From the IMG/VR virus record IMGVR_UViG_3300030061_003198: DNA of 64,000 nucleotides. One strand, 5' to 3'. Under the pieces are notes generated by a model. That model had not been told where the DNA came from and did not search any database. It saw nothing but the letters and a program-made list of their open reading frames with translations. This DNA comes from a virus. Position 1 is the stretch's first letter, and every line of letters starts with the position of its first letter. Position numbers and translations under genes: made by a program. Positions 30,457-40,740 of this stretch are shown here, one piece after another.

Positions 30457-31233
30457 CTAATTATTGAATAAATCGTTAAATGCGTCTGCTACATCAGTCT
30501 TTGTTTCTGGTGTTTTTGTTGCAGTGTCTTTCGATTTTGTTTCAGTTGAAGCTGCTGGAGCAGCACTTGTATCAGAGTCAGCACTTTCTGGATTCATCCA
30601 ATCATTTAATGCTTGCTGTAATTCTTCATATGTCGGCTCTGGAAATAGATCTGTTATTTTAGGTTGATCTAATATTGATTTTGCAATTGCTTTATCTTCA
30701 GTAGCTGCAGATGTATTAGGTTTAACTCTAATAGCAGTCTTTGGATATTGTCCAGGTCCTTCTGATGGGGTAAATTCAATATCAATGTCTCTACCATTCA
30801 TTAAGTCTGTAATGTCGCCATAATCAGGATCTGCTATAATAGATAATAATTCAGAATAAATTGTTTTTCCGAATCCCCAAAATTTAACGCCTTCTGATTC
30901 TTTTCCTCTTACGATAACAGGAACATATGTTCTCATTTTAGGCTCAATTTTTCTACCCATTAACCAATCGTCTTTATCGCCAGTTTTCTTTAATTTTTCA
31001 GCAAACTCTACTACTGGATCTGCATTACCAAATGTGATAGGCGAAAGCATACTACGCTTTGCAATATCATAATGAAAATACATTTCTAAAAAAGGGTTTT
31101 CTTTGCGGTGAACGTAAGGGACTATTCTTACTCTTTGCTTACCAGGTTCTGGTCTGAAATAATTATTTTTTCTGTCGTTAGTCGTGTTTAATTGGTTAAG
31201 TTTCGCTCTAATGGCGTCTAAATCTAAACTCAT
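30457..31233 (-). CDS. Single-stranded DNA-binding protein (T4 gp32-like)
   Basis: VRIVP, FWGFGKTIY, GRD and an acidic C-terminal tail ending DLFNN. Confidence 0.85.
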   Translation of the reverse strand: MSLDLDAIRAKLNQLNTTNDRKNNYFRPEPGKQRVRIVPYVHRKENPFLEMYFHYDIAKRSMLSPITFGNADPVVEFAEKLKKTGDKDDWLMGRKIEPKMRTYVPVIVRGKESEGVKFWGFGKTIYSELLSIIADPDYGDITDLMNGRDIDIEFTPSEGPGQYPKTAIRVKPNTSAATEDKAIAKSILDQPKITDLFPEPTYEELQQALNDWMNPESADSDTSAAPAASTETKSKDTATKTPETKTDVADAFNDLFNN

Positions 31234-31285
31234 TGTTTTTCCTTTAAGTGTTTAATTGTTATTATTTGTTTTATTTATTAATTAT

Positions 31286-31313
31286 ATTATAAGTAATTAA
31301 TTCGTTAATTCAA
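31286..31313 (-). promoter_or_regulatory. Variant promoter TTGAAT-N16-TATAAT in an AT-rich gap
   Basis: Partial consensus match upstream of ssb. Confidence 0.4.
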
Positions 31314-31339
31314 AGTTAATTGTTTAATTTTTTATTTTA

Positions 31340-31834
31340 TTAATCCATTCGGCTACCAGGTGGATAAACCTGATTTGAAAAATTCTTATAGGTTGTTCCA
31401 GCTGTTCCGCTGTTTTTAGAATAATCCCATTTAGGAGAAGTAGTTCCCATTCCTGTAGAAGCTTGTATAAATTCGCCTAGAGTGGATATTAGAGTTACCT
31501 TATCACCGACATATCCTCCAATCATATACGTGTTATTTGTTCCTCTGTACATTCCATATCTTTTGAAAACTGAATCGGCATTCCCTGTTGCATTAAATGC
31601 ATTGATCATTTCTTGTTTTAATTTTCCCCAGGTTGTACCACCACGTACAGGAAATGAATCTTGATATTTACTAGGAGAATTAGCACTTGATAAAGAGTTG
31701 AGCCATTCTTCAAACTTATTATTTTCGCTAGTAGATTCAAATTCGTCAGGATAGCCATTATTATTAGAATCTAGATCTTGTTCATTTAAATTCTTGGTAC
31801 CAAACCTTCGCATATTTTCTTTTAATTTATTCAT
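31340..31834 (-). CDS. Hypothetical protein, possible internal head protein
   Basis: N-terminal LKE/LNE motifs; downstream of a late motif. Confidence 0.5.
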   Translation of the reverse strand: MNKLKENMRRFGTKNLNEQDLDSNNNGYPDEFESTSENNKFEEWLNSLSSANSPSKYQDSFPVRGGTTWGKLKQEMINAFNATGNADSVFKRYGMYRGTNNTYMIGGYVGDKVTLISTLGEFIQASTGMGTTSPKWDYSKNSGTAGTTYKNFSNQVYPPGSRMD

Positions 31835-31846
31835 AATACCATGTTC

Positions 31847-32491
31847 CTAATATAGATAATCTTGTAGTCGTTGATATACCCAATCATGCTCATTCATCAT
31901 AAGCCATTCCATTTGATCATCGTTTAATGGATCTCCATTTTCAAATTCAGCATATGAAATAAATGCATCTGTAAATTTTGGATATTGTTTTGGATCAATG
32001 TCTTCAAATTTTATTGACGTATTTTTTATATTATCTATGTCTACCCGATGTAAGTCGTCTTCCTCATTTTCTCGAAACATCGATCTAGGTCCAGTAACTT
32101 CTTTTTCTAATGTGTCAATATCATAATCTTCTATTTCTCCATGGAAGGCCATAGATCCTTCCATGCCCCATTCGCCACCGCCTTCGTCTACTCCCATTAA
32201 CCAAATTGCTTTTGTATATCCATGGTCATCAACCTCTTCATGATCATCAAATTCAATATCAAATGGTTTGCCTCCATCAATTTTAACTGTTATAATAGGA
32301 TATCCATTTCCATCTCTTTTTCTATTTACTACTTCAATACTTGGTTGATAGTTTTTATTATCTTTATAGTCTTCATTAGTTTTAGATCGATTATATTCTG
32401 CTTGCACCTCTTCTAATGTCGGCAAAGAACCATTTTCATTACGCCTTTGCCAAGCATATGATTCTTTTAATAATTTTTTTAGTTTAATCAT
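31847..32491 (-). CDS. Acidic hypothetical protein, possible internal head protein
   Basis: MIKLKKLLKE N-terminus; ATATTTATA at 32508-32516. Confidence 0.5.
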   Translation of the reverse strand: MIKLKKLLKESYAWQRRNENGSLPTLEEVQAEYNRSKTNEDYKDNKNYQPSIEVVNRKRDGNGYPIITVKIDGGKPFDIEFDDHEEVDDHGYTKAIWLMGVDEGGGEWGMEGSMAFHGEIEDYDIDTLEKEVTGPRSMFRENEEDDLHRVDIDNIKNTSIKFEDIDPKQYPKFTDAFISYAEFENGDPLNDDQMEWLMMNEHDWVYQRLQDYLY

Positions 32492-32518
32492 GATATTATT
32501 CCTTATATATAAATATAT

Positions 32519-32902
32519 CTAAAAATTAATTCTTCGTACAAATACTAAGTCTATTCTTTTATACCCAGGATCGTCTAATAATATAAACGAATTTTCAAAT
32601 GCATCCCATGGAATAATCATTGTTTTATCTAATATCCCATTATTTAGATCTTTAATAACTTCATTTAATGCATTAACTGTGTATAATGTATTTGTTTCTT
32701 TTTTTCTGTGTATTGAAATTGTATTTTTACCTCTGTATCCATTGTCTTCTGCGTTAAATGTGCAATATAATTCATTACGCTTTGCATAATTTGCAAAAAT
32801 AAAAATTCTATTTTCTGGGATTTCGAAGTTTTGTTTAATATATTCAGTAACAATCTCTAAATTAGTTTTATGTGCAAATGTGCACAATAGTTGCGTTCTC
32901 AC
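32519..32902 (-). CDS. Conserved phage hypothetical protein
   Basis: QLLCTF...TISIHRKKETNTLYTVNALN pattern; GTG start. Confidence 0.6.
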   Translation of the reverse strand: MRTQLLCTFAHKTNLEIVTEYIKQNFEIPENRIFIFANYAKRNELYCTFNAEDNGYRGKNTISIHRKKETNTLYTVNALNEVIKDLNNGILDKTMIIPWDAFENSFILLDDPGYKRIDLVFVRRINF

Positions 32903-32904
32903 AT

Positions 32905-34239
32905 TTACCCCTCTTGTGCTAATCTCATATCTTTAATAGCTGCGTTAATTCTATTTCCATTTACAAATAAATGAAATCCTTTAAAATTTCCAACTGCAGG
33001 TGATATTCTATTATTTTTACATTTAAGTGCGCTATATACCTCATCACTAGTTTCTAAATATAATACACCTTTGTTAATAATACCCCACCATCTTACATTT
33101 CCATCTGATAATTTTGCTTTAATTGTGTTATCTAATTGCGCACAAAAATTTTCTACAATTCTTTCTGGATTACCGTCTGGCATAAATCTTTGTAATTTAT
33201 CAACAAATCTTCGTATAACTTTTATCTCAGTATCTTTTGATATTTGCATTAATGATCTTATGTCATTTTTTAACTCTTCAGAATCTAAATTATCTAGTAT
33301 TGCATTGATAGAATCTCTCGTCATCGACTTATTAATTTGCATACCTGTTAACATTTCAAATGAATTAACAGCTGTTTTTAATAATATAGCAGTATCAGCT
33401 GTTAAATTACCAAAATCAACGGTAGAAATTTTTTCATAATCTTTTAAAGATACTCCGTCAGCGCCTACATCTATGTCTGATACTATACTTTCTCCAGCAA
33501 CACCGCCTTTAACTTCACCATTAAATTTAATTGCAAACCATAACTCTGAATAATGTCCGTTTGGTATTCTTACCGTTCTATTAATTAAATTATATAATTC
33601 AGCGTCTATACCTTTTATTACATAGTCTCCAGATTTAAGTGGTTTTTTATTTAAATCTGTTATTAGATTCATTAATTCGTTTGAATTAGGACTTTCTTTA
33701 ACTGCTTTATATAATTCTGGTAATCCGTTGAATTCTTGTCCGTCTGCTCCATATTCATCATATATAAAATTTTGGAACATTTCTGGATTACTAAAATCCA
33801 TATATTGATCCGCGCTAGCTTTAGGAACGTTAAATTTTAAATCCTTTGCAAATTTTGATGTAGACGTGTCTATAGTTAAATCTAGAAATCCGTTATCGAT
33901 ATCACTTTCTATATTATTATCTCTCAAATAATCTGCTACGCCTAATTTGAATTCTTTAGATCGTTTATTAAAATTATTAATAATGATTTGACTATCTGTG
34001 GAAACATATATTGGATTTGGTCCTGCGCCTTGTAATGATTGTATATCATTTTTAATACGATCGGTATTTTCTTTTGACTCGAATATACCTTGTGCTTGCA
34101 ATACTGTGTTATGAATTTCTTGTTCAGAAAGCATATTGGTTTCTTGTAACACAGAACGAAGTACTTCGTAATCTGATTCTTTTGTTGGATACCCAACTTC
34201 CAATTGGTATGTCCATTCATTTATAATTTTATCTATCAT
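32905..34239 (-). CDS. Hypothetical protein, possible degenerate PD-(D/E)XK domain
   Basis: 444-aa ORF; G..SE...SDID....SLK; late motif at 34262-34270. Confidence 0.45.
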   Translation of the reverse strand: MIDKIINEWTYQLEVGYPTKESDYEVLRSVLQETNMLSEQEIHNTVLQAQGIFESKENTDRIKNDIQSLQGAGPNPIYVSTDSQIIINNFNKRSKEFKLGVADYLRDNNIESDIDNGFLDLTIDTSTSKFAKDLKFNVPKASADQYMDFSNPEMFQNFIYDEYGADGQEFNGLPELYKAVKESPNSNELMNLITDLNKKPLKSGDYVIKGIDAELYNLINRTVRIPNGHYSELWFAIKFNGEVKGGVAGESIVSDIDVGADGVSLKDYEKISTVDFGNLTADTAILLKTAVNSFEMLTGMQINKSMTRDSINAILDNLDSEELKNDIRSLMQISKDTEIKVIRRFVDKLQRFMPDGNPERIVENFCAQLDNTIKAKLSDGNVRWWGIINKGVLYLETSDEVYSALKCKNNRISPAVGNFKGFHLFVNGNRINAAIKDMRLAQEG

Positions 34240-35591
34240 AACTTGATATCACTCATTTTACTATAAATATTGCCTACTTTACATTTAACAGGAAAATCAT
34301 CTCCTTCTAAACATGATTTTATTTTTGGTAATATTTCTTTAGCATTATGAATTGGGACATCAAATAACACAGAATCATATGTATATAATATAATACATGT
34401 TTTATACCCCTTTAACAAGTATGATAATTGATTTAATCGATTTGCAGTAAATTCTGTTTCGAATGCTTGAAGAAAATAATTAAATAATTTGTTTTGATTC
34501 ATATTAGACAAACTATCTTTATACAATCTCCTTTTTAATAATGGTGTTTCTATATATCCATCTTTTTTCCATTCACTCCATAATGAATACACAAAGTCAT
34601 TTATTTCTTGAAAAAATGGAATCTTTAAAAATTCTTTTTCTATATGGCCATATAACAATCTAAATGTTATTTGTTTACTTTGTTCATATTGTTCTGATGT
34701 TAACGTTTCAGTACCAAAATAAAATTTACCAAAATATGTATGTATAGATCCTGGTGGCAATTCATATCCAATTAGTCTTGCAATTAGTCTTACATGATAT
34801 GCATCAAAATCAAATTCAACTAATGCTCCGTTTTCAAATCTACTACACAATGCATCTCTAGTGCCGTCTTGTTTATTCATTGCTGCAAAATTGAATCCAC
34901 GGAATGCATTTGAAGGACGACCTGTAGTTGTATGATAATGATAATTTGAATAAACTCGTCCGTCAGTAATTAACTCTTTCATTTTAAAAGAATCATTAAC
35001 TTGTATTCCGTTAGATTCAATTTCAGCAAATATTCTTGGATAAATCATATTAAATCGAATATATGAAGCATATCCACTTTCTGTTGATCTAATTTCTGAT
35101 AATTTTTGATTAACAATCATCGGCCATGCATACTTTCGTATTTTTTGACACATTTCTACGTGTTTCATTAATGGGACAATTGTATTAACATGTTGTAAAT
35201 TAGTGTGCCTTCTCCAATAAAAATTATGGGCAGAGGTATAATAATGATTATCATCATATGCTTCGTTATATGTATACCACCACAAACTTTTTACATCAAA
35301 AACTGTATTATTTCCGCCCATTTGTAACCATAACTTTTTGTCATGAACAAATATAGATTCTAGCTCGAGTAATTTATTTAGATGTTCTTTAAACCCGGTT
35401 ATTTGTTCAGTATGATGTATAGGAACAATGAATTCAATTTCATTGCTTGAATATACGTATATACAAGATATTTTATTGATTGAGGGGTGAAGTTGGTGGT
35501 CTGTTAATATTGGAACAACTAATACAACTTCTTCTTTTTTAATTTCTTGTAATAACGAATCTAGTTCTGCGGAATCGTCTATTATTATCAT
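34236..35591 (-). CDS. Short atypical family A DNA polymerase
   Basis: TTGRPSN, motif A DFDAYHVR, motif B KQITFRLLYG, NYFLQ and motif C YDS. Confidence 0.8.
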   Translation of the reverse strand: MIIIDDSAELDSLLQEIKKEEVVLVVPILTDHQLHPSINKISCIYVYSSNEIEFIVPIHHTEQITGFKEHLNKLLELESIFVHDKKLWLQMGGNNTVFDVKSLWWYTYNEAYDDNHYYTSAHNFYWRRHTNLQHVNTIVPLMKHVEMCQKIRKYAWPMIVNQKLSEIRSTESGYASYIRFNMIYPRIFAEIESNGIQVNDSFKMKELITDGRVYSNYHYHTTTGRPSNAFRGFNFAAMNKQDGTRDALCSRFENGALVEFDFDAYHVRLIARLIGYELPPGSIHTYFGKFYFGTETLTSEQYEQSKQITFRLLYGHIEKEFLKIPFFQEINDFVYSLWSEWKKDGYIETPLLKRRLYKDSLSNMNQNKLFNYFLQAFETEFTANRLNQLSYLLKGYKTCIILYTYDSVLFDVPIHNAKEILPKIKSCLEGDDFPVKCKVGNIYSKMSDIKL

Positions 35592-35599
35592 ACATTAAT

Positions 35600-35628
35600 A
35601 TAATAATAAATTATTTATAAAAATCCAA
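35600..35628 (-). promoter_or_regulatory. Early/middle promoter TTGGAT-N17-TATTAT
   Basis: Consensus match upstream of the polA-like gene. Confidence 0.55.
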
Positions 35629-35630
35629 AT

Positions 35631-36260
35631 TTATTCTAATCCATTTATATCTGGTGGAGATATATATGAGGTATCAAAATAAAATTCTTCTAAATTAGTT
35701 AGATAATTTCGTATATTTGGCATTATGGCTGCAGCAATTTCAATTTGCTCTGCATTTTTTTCGTATACTGCTTTTTGTTTGATACTAGTAAGTTGATTTC
35801 TGTGGTGGTTTGAATTTTTAAGTCCTGCGATAAACCATGTTAATTTAACTGCAGTATACAAATTAGCATCTATTTTTTGCGTTGAATGGGATTCATATTG
35901 TTCTTTATCAACTTCATATATAATTCGTGATGATACATTTTGTAAAAAATATCTTGTTATCGATTGCTTTTTTATATCTTCATTGTTTATAGTTGGTTGG
36001 CTTTGGGTTACTGAATCATATGAAGTTTTAATATTAGGTTTTAATGTATTATATTCTACAGTATTTGTTTCATTTAATTTAAATTTTAATAATGGCTTCG
36101 ATGTTATTGGATTCCATGCGGCTTCGGTATATACTTCGCCTGTAATATAAGAATGGTAAGATCCTTTGTATTCTGTTAAATCTTCTAACATCCATTCACT
36201 ACCGGTAGTAAATAATCCGTTATTTATTTCATCATTTAAATAATATATTTTGTTTCTCAT
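35631..36260 (-). CDS. Hypothetical virion/baseplate-associated protein
   Basis: Last gene of the baseplate operon; start moved to MRNKIYY (TAATG overlap). Confidence 0.5.
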   Translation of the reverse strand: MRNKIYYLNDEINNGLFTTGSEWMLEDLTEYKGSYHSYITGEVYTEAAWNPITSKPLLKFKLNETNTVEYNTLKPNIKTSYDSVTQSQPTINNEDIKKQSITRYFLQNVSSRIIYEVDKEQYESHSTQKIDANLYTAVKLTWFIAGLKNSNHHRNQLTSIKQKAVYEKNAEQIEIAAAIMPNIRNYLTNLEEFYFDTSYISPPDINGLE

Positions 36261-38425
36261 TATGTTATCTCTAATATACGTGATCTTGCAAAACAGGTAA
36301 TACTTGTAGTCCATTCACCCGAGTCTGATATCGTATGCTTTATTTTACTAATATTAAAAACAAATTGTTGATTATATCTAGATGGTAATCCTCTAAAAAA
36401 TAAAACATCGCCGTATATGAATCCATTTATACCATCTATTGTAAATTCTAAATTCATTGGCCAAATTGGAGCATTTATATTACACGCACTTTCTGGAGAT
36501 ACATCGGGATAGGCAATATGACCAGATATTGCCTTTTGCAATGATGCTATATTAGACTCACTTTGATCATTACCATATGCTTCTTTTGCATTTTTAATAG
36601 CCATTAAACTAGCAATATAATTTTTTTCAAATTCATCTTTACGTATAGCTTTTGCTTCTTCAGAATCGCTAAAAATATATGGATTAAATGCCGTTAATGA
36701 AGTTGCAGAAGGTTGCGTTCCAGCAAATCCGATCAATGTTGTTTTATATGCATCAGGTAAGTCAAATCCTAATTTAAATTCTCTCACAACCGTGCCTGAG
36801 CCTTTACCTGAAAAAACAGGAATTTCAAATTCTGGTACGGCTTGTTTATCTTTTCCTAGATAATTAGTATCATAATATAACAGTGCATCTGGAATATCAG
36901 GATGTTGTATTAATGCCATTCTTATAGCATATGAAGTCTGCTGTCCTATTTCTTCTTTAATTTTATTTAAAAATTGTTTTATTGTAGTTGGCTTTTCCGC
37001 AGTTGATTCAGCTGTTAATGTTTCTACTATTTCTTTTATTACTTTTAAATTAATATAAATCCTTGACGGATGACCATATGTTTTTGATTCTGTCATACCG
37101 GCGTCTTCTCCCGCAGTATCAAATTTTTGAAATTCTCTATTTTCAAAAAAACCAGGTGTCTTTGGAGAGGTTTGGCTATAAGCTGTTATACCAGATCGCG
37201 ATTCAGGAAATTGTCTATATACATTTGTATTAAAATCATTGGTTCCAGGCCATAATAATACTCTAGTTGGATCTGCAGAAACTAAATGTTCATAATAATT
37301 ACTAAAACATAATTGATCATTGCAAAATAATAAATCTTGGTTTCCTATAGTAGTAGAATTATTTTTAATTACGGCACCTATATAGTCATCTAGATAGTCA
37401 ATTAACAATCCTAATGTTATAAAGGTATCTTCAGGCTTCTTTGATTTAACTGCATCGGCATTATCCTTTTTTTGCTTTTTTAATGAACCATATAATATAG
37501 AACGATCATTCAGGGCTATATCTTCTTCGTTTATAGTAATTTTTTTTGAAATTGGAATTTCTATAGGATTTGTGTATCCGTCATTGGAATCTTTTAATTC
37601 AGTATTTACTTTTTTCTGAATAAATTCATGAAAATTTTGAGAAGTATCAGCTGATCCGATTTCTTGATCAACTGTTTCGTCTCTAGTTAATAATTCTATA
37701 TCTGGATTGGTTATAAAAAATGATGCGTCTGGGTAGGTGCCGGCAGTTGCTCGTAAACTTAATGTAGCTGTTATTGATACGTCATCATTATATTTTATAT
37801 TAAACGAGCTTACCAATCCAGTAAATACTAGCCTATCCATTTTTAAAAATTCATCAATCATTTCTGCAGGAAATTCATTTTGTAAAATCCTTGTTGACGT
37901 TACTAATTCTGATTTAGATAGGGCATTTCCTGGAAGACCAGGTTCGTCTTCACTCAATATAGCAGATTCTGGATGTTGTACTGTTAATTTAACTACACGA
38001 CCTGGCTTAAAAAAAATTCTTTCTATTACATCTAAATCAATTGGATCTTGAATTAATATTGTTACAGTAGAAGTATTTATTGCAAATTGTGCATTATCTG
38101 CAATATTAACTGTAACACCGGTTATAACTGGTTCTGGCCTTTTGGAATGTCGATTTAAATATCCATCTTCTCCAGATGGCATAAACAGGCCTGATCTTAA
38201 CTTTTTACCTCCTAGAGTATATAAAGGGACATCTTCAGTTGATATCGTTTTAGATTCTTCTGTTGGATTGTCTTTTGCTTGATATGCTGTTAATTCTACA
38301 TTTGCAATTTTACCCAACATATAATTTAATTGTTTGGTACTACGACCAGTTTTTCCTGCCTGGCCTCTTAATTCAAGTTCATTTGCTAACTTTCGATTAA
38401 CTTGGGAATAAAATATATCGCTCAT
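36260..38425 (-). CDS. Putative baseplate hub protein
   Basis: Position after the LysM/gp53-like gene; C-terminal LEFTIDGING..GD...KIKHTI...WTTSI resembles hub proteins. Confidence 0.55.
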   Translation of the reverse strand: MSDIFYSQVNRKLANELELRGQAGKTGRSTKQLNYMLGKIANVELTAYQAKDNPTEESKTISTEDVPLYTLGGKKLRSGLFMPSGEDGYLNRHSKRPEPVITGVTVNIADNAQFAINTSTVTILIQDPIDLDVIERIFFKPGRVVKLTVQHPESAILSEDEPGLPGNALSKSELVTSTRILQNEFPAEMIDEFLKMDRLVFTGLVSSFNIKYNDDVSITATLSLRATAGTYPDASFFITNPDIELLTRDETVDQEIGSADTSQNFHEFIQKKVNTELKDSNDGYTNPIEIPISKKITINEEDIALNDRSILYGSLKKQKKDNADAVKSKKPEDTFITLGLLIDYLDDYIGAVIKNNSTTIGNQDLLFCNDQLCFSNYYEHLVSADPTRVLLWPGTNDFNTNVYRQFPESRSGITAYSQTSPKTPGFFENREFQKFDTAGEDAGMTESKTYGHPSRIYINLKVIKEIVETLTAESTAEKPTTIKQFLNKIKEEIGQQTSYAIRMALIQHPDIPDALLYYDTNYLGKDKQAVPEFEIPVFSGKGSGTVVREFKLGFDLPDAYKTTLIGFAGTQPSATSLTAFNPYIFSDSEEAKAIRKDEFEKNYIASLMAIKNAKEAYGNDQSESNIASLQKAISGHIAYPDVSPESACNINAPIWPMNLEFTIDGINGFIYGDVLFFRGLPSRYNQQFVFNISKIKHTISDSGEWTTSITCFARSRILEIT

Positions 38426-38724
38426 CTTTGATTGTTTTCGTCACTTATTAAATCTTGTATATTTCCTTTAGGTGGAATTCGTAATCTAGTATTTGCTGGA
38501 ATAATTAGGGTACCTTTTGGTAAACTATTTGATTCTGCAATGATCCACCATAATGTGGCATCATCATAAAAATCGTATGCTAATTTATCTAACCGTTCTA
38601 TTCCACTAGTTATTATATATGTATCTAGATTAGTTGTTGGAACAACTGGTAATATTACGGTTGATAGTTTACGTTTACCATTTTTATCTTTTATCGTTTT
38701 TGAATTTGCATATCTACTTGACAT
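38422..38724 (-). CDS. Baseplate wedge LysM-like protein (gp53 / P2 X-like)
   Basis: RLDKLAYDFYDDATLWWIIA..N...LRIP. Confidence 0.8.
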   Translation of the reverse strand: MSSRYANSKTIKDKNGKRKLSTVILPVVPTTNLDTYIITSGIERLDKLAYDFYDDATLWWIIAESNSLPKGTLIIPANTRLRIPPKGNIQDLISDENNQR

Positions 38725-38725
38725 A

Positions 38726-40732
38726 TTAGTCTCCGACTCCTGTTATTTTTTTAAACGCATCTGTAAATGGTTCAGCAGCTGCTTTAACCCCTTCTATAAA
38801 CTTGTCTTTATTTGATAAATTCTCTGACAATAAAGATCCTTCAGCATCACTTAACCAATTGTGGCCACCAGCTTTCGGAACACTATTTTTATCAAATCTA
38901 GAAGCTAATGAATACATTCTTCCGCCTTTTTGTGGTAAATAATCTGTTATCACATTGAATTGTACTGACACTTCCACTTTAAATGGAGCTTGCATCATCA
39001 TGGGATCTTTTACTAAATTTGTTTCCCATGTTGTATCAGAATCTACAAATGTATAATATACACTAGTTAGTACAACAGGTTGATGTATTAATAAATCTCC
39101 GATTGTTATTCTTAGCCATGGTGCTTCCATTGTTAAAGTATCGTCAGAATATGTAGGAGCAGTATATGAAGCTAAATAATTTAATTTACGATACATTGGT
39201 TTCATTTCGTCTCGATCGGATGCATATACTGTGAAGTTAACGTCAAATTGTCTGCCGTACCCTTGGTATGTGTAATTAGGATCTGCCCTTCCAATATATT
39301 TTACTGGATTCCATGATGCATTAAATGTGTCTGTTAATGAACTTATCATAGCTCTAAAAACTAATACATCATCTTTTGTTCCTTCTGTAGGATTAGCTGT
39401 TAATTTAGGACCTGTAAAATAAAATTTAACAAGGTCTCTGGTAGTTCCAGATCCTAGTGCGTCTAATGCAGCTCCAAATGATGTTTCATTTAAAGTTAAT
39501 GGAGGCCTCCATTTGTAAATTTGGCCATGAGACTTTTGTCCAAAATCTATTACATTGACTTTATCTCCTCTAAATTGAGTAGCTATTTCTATAGGATTAA
39601 TAGTTTGTATAAATCCGCCTTTGCGGTTGTCGCCTGAAGGTTGCCATCTAGTTGCTACATTACTTCTTAATGTAAAATCTTTTTTTGATTGCGGATTAAA
39701 CCCAGTATAACTACCAAAGCCATATGTTGATTCTAAATTAAAAACGCTATATGCTCCGCCTGGTGCTAATGAAGCTGCTGAATATGCTCCGGCTAGTGCA
39801 GATCCTCGTAATAATGCTGCGGCGCCGTCGACTCTTGTGTCTTTTCCTAATGTTCCAATTTCTCTTCTAAAATCATAGTATGGTAGAAATGAATCTTGTA
39901 TAGTTTTTATTTTATCTTTTGATAATAATTTATATGATGTACGTTGTTTTCCTCCGCCCCCAATCAATCCAGTAATAGCTGTGTTTGAAGTTAATCCACT
40001 AGCTAAACTAATTCCAGATGATCTAAGAATATCTTCGCCATTGATATCACCGCCCATTTCCGAGATGCCAATCTTCGAAGAAATATCCGGATTAGTGCCG
40101 GCATTAGGATATGTGCCAATCAAGTTAAATGTGTTTGGTTGTTTAAATACTGTCTCTGGTACTGGCAATTCTGCGTAATGGTCTGCATAATCAGCGGTGC
40201 CTACTTCTGGGTCTGGTTTTCCTTCTGGCCCATATGGATTAGTATTATAAAATGGGTTATCTGGACCAATTCCTGGTTTTAGTATTTGCGTACCTACATT
40301 ATCTTCATAATGAAAAGTATTGAAGAATGGGTTATCTGGACCAATTCCTCGACCATCTTTTAATGGATCAGAAACAGGAAGTTGGTATGGATTAGTATTG
40401 AAGAATGGGTTATCTGGTCCAATTCCTTGACCATATTGAATTGGAAAAGGTCCATTATGTTGATAATGAAAAATATTGAAATATTGATTGTGAATTGGGC
40501 CTGCACCTGTGCCTACTTGGATTGGTGCATATCCGTTATCTTGGTATGGGAAAGTATTGAAGAATGGGTTATCTGGTCCATTACCTAAGCCGACGTTGGT
40601 GAAGATGCCGTTAGGTTGATATCGCCAATTGGTCTGGAACTCATTTCCTTGAACTCCATTGCCTGTGCCATATTGAATTGGTGTATATCCGTTAGGTTGA
40701 TATGGGTTTGTATTTGTATATAATATTGGCAT
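38726..40732 (-). CDS. Baseplate / tail-tube initiator-like protein with N-terminal repeats
   Basis: C-terminal FRA....D...W....Y.GR....Y.Y.G..R and P.LRITIGD pattern; follows the tape measure gene. Confidence 0.6.
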   Translation of the reverse strand: MPILYTNTNPYQPNGYTPIQYGTGNGVQGNEFQTNWRYQPNGIFTNVGLGNGPDNPFFNTFPYQDNGYAPIQVGTGAGPIHNQYFNIFHYQHNGPFPIQYGQGIGPDNPFFNTNPYQLPVSDPLKDGRGIGPDNPFFNTFHYEDNVGTQILKPGIGPDNPFYNTNPYGPEGKPDPEVGTADYADHYAELPVPETVFKQPNTFNLIGTYPNAGTNPDISSKIGISEMGGDINGEDILRSSGISLASGLTSNTAITGLIGGGGKQRTSYKLLSKDKIKTIQDSFLPYYDFRREIGTLGKDTRVDGAAALLRGSALAGAYSAASLAPGGAYSVFNLESTYGFGSYTGFNPQSKKDFTLRSNVATRWQPSGDNRKGGFIQTINPIEIATQFRGDKVNVIDFGQKSHGQIYKWRPPLTLNETSFGAALDALGSGTTRDLVKFYFTGPKLTANPTEGTKDDVLVFRAMISSLTDTFNASWNPVKYIGRADPNYTYQGYGRQFDVNFTVYASDRDEMKPMYRKLNYLASYTAPTYSDDTLTMEAPWLRITIGDLLIHQPVVLTSVYYTFVDSDTTWETNLVKDPMMMQAPFKVEVSVQFNVITDYLPQKGGRMYSLASRFDKNSVPKAGGHNWLSDAEGSLLSENLSNKDKFIEGVKAAAEPFTDAFKKITGVGD
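40230..40715 (-). repeat. About six imperfect 25-27 aa coding repeats (YQxNG..PIQ.G.G.GPDNPFFNT)
   Basis: GPDNPF(F/Y)NT x4; DNA core AATGGGTTATCTGG(T/A)CCA recurs near 40250, 40326, 40404 and 40563. Confidence 0.85.
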
Positions 40733-40740
40733 ATATTTCC

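Noticed and set aside
31234-31339. AT-rich gap as a replication origin
   Set aside because: No iterons seen; explained adequately as the ssb promoter and leader.
40230-40600. Regularly spaced DNA repeats near 40.2-40.6 kb as a CRISPR array, given the Cas4-like gene
   Set aside because: They are in-frame coding repeats with third-position variation and related intervening sequence, inside a long ORF.
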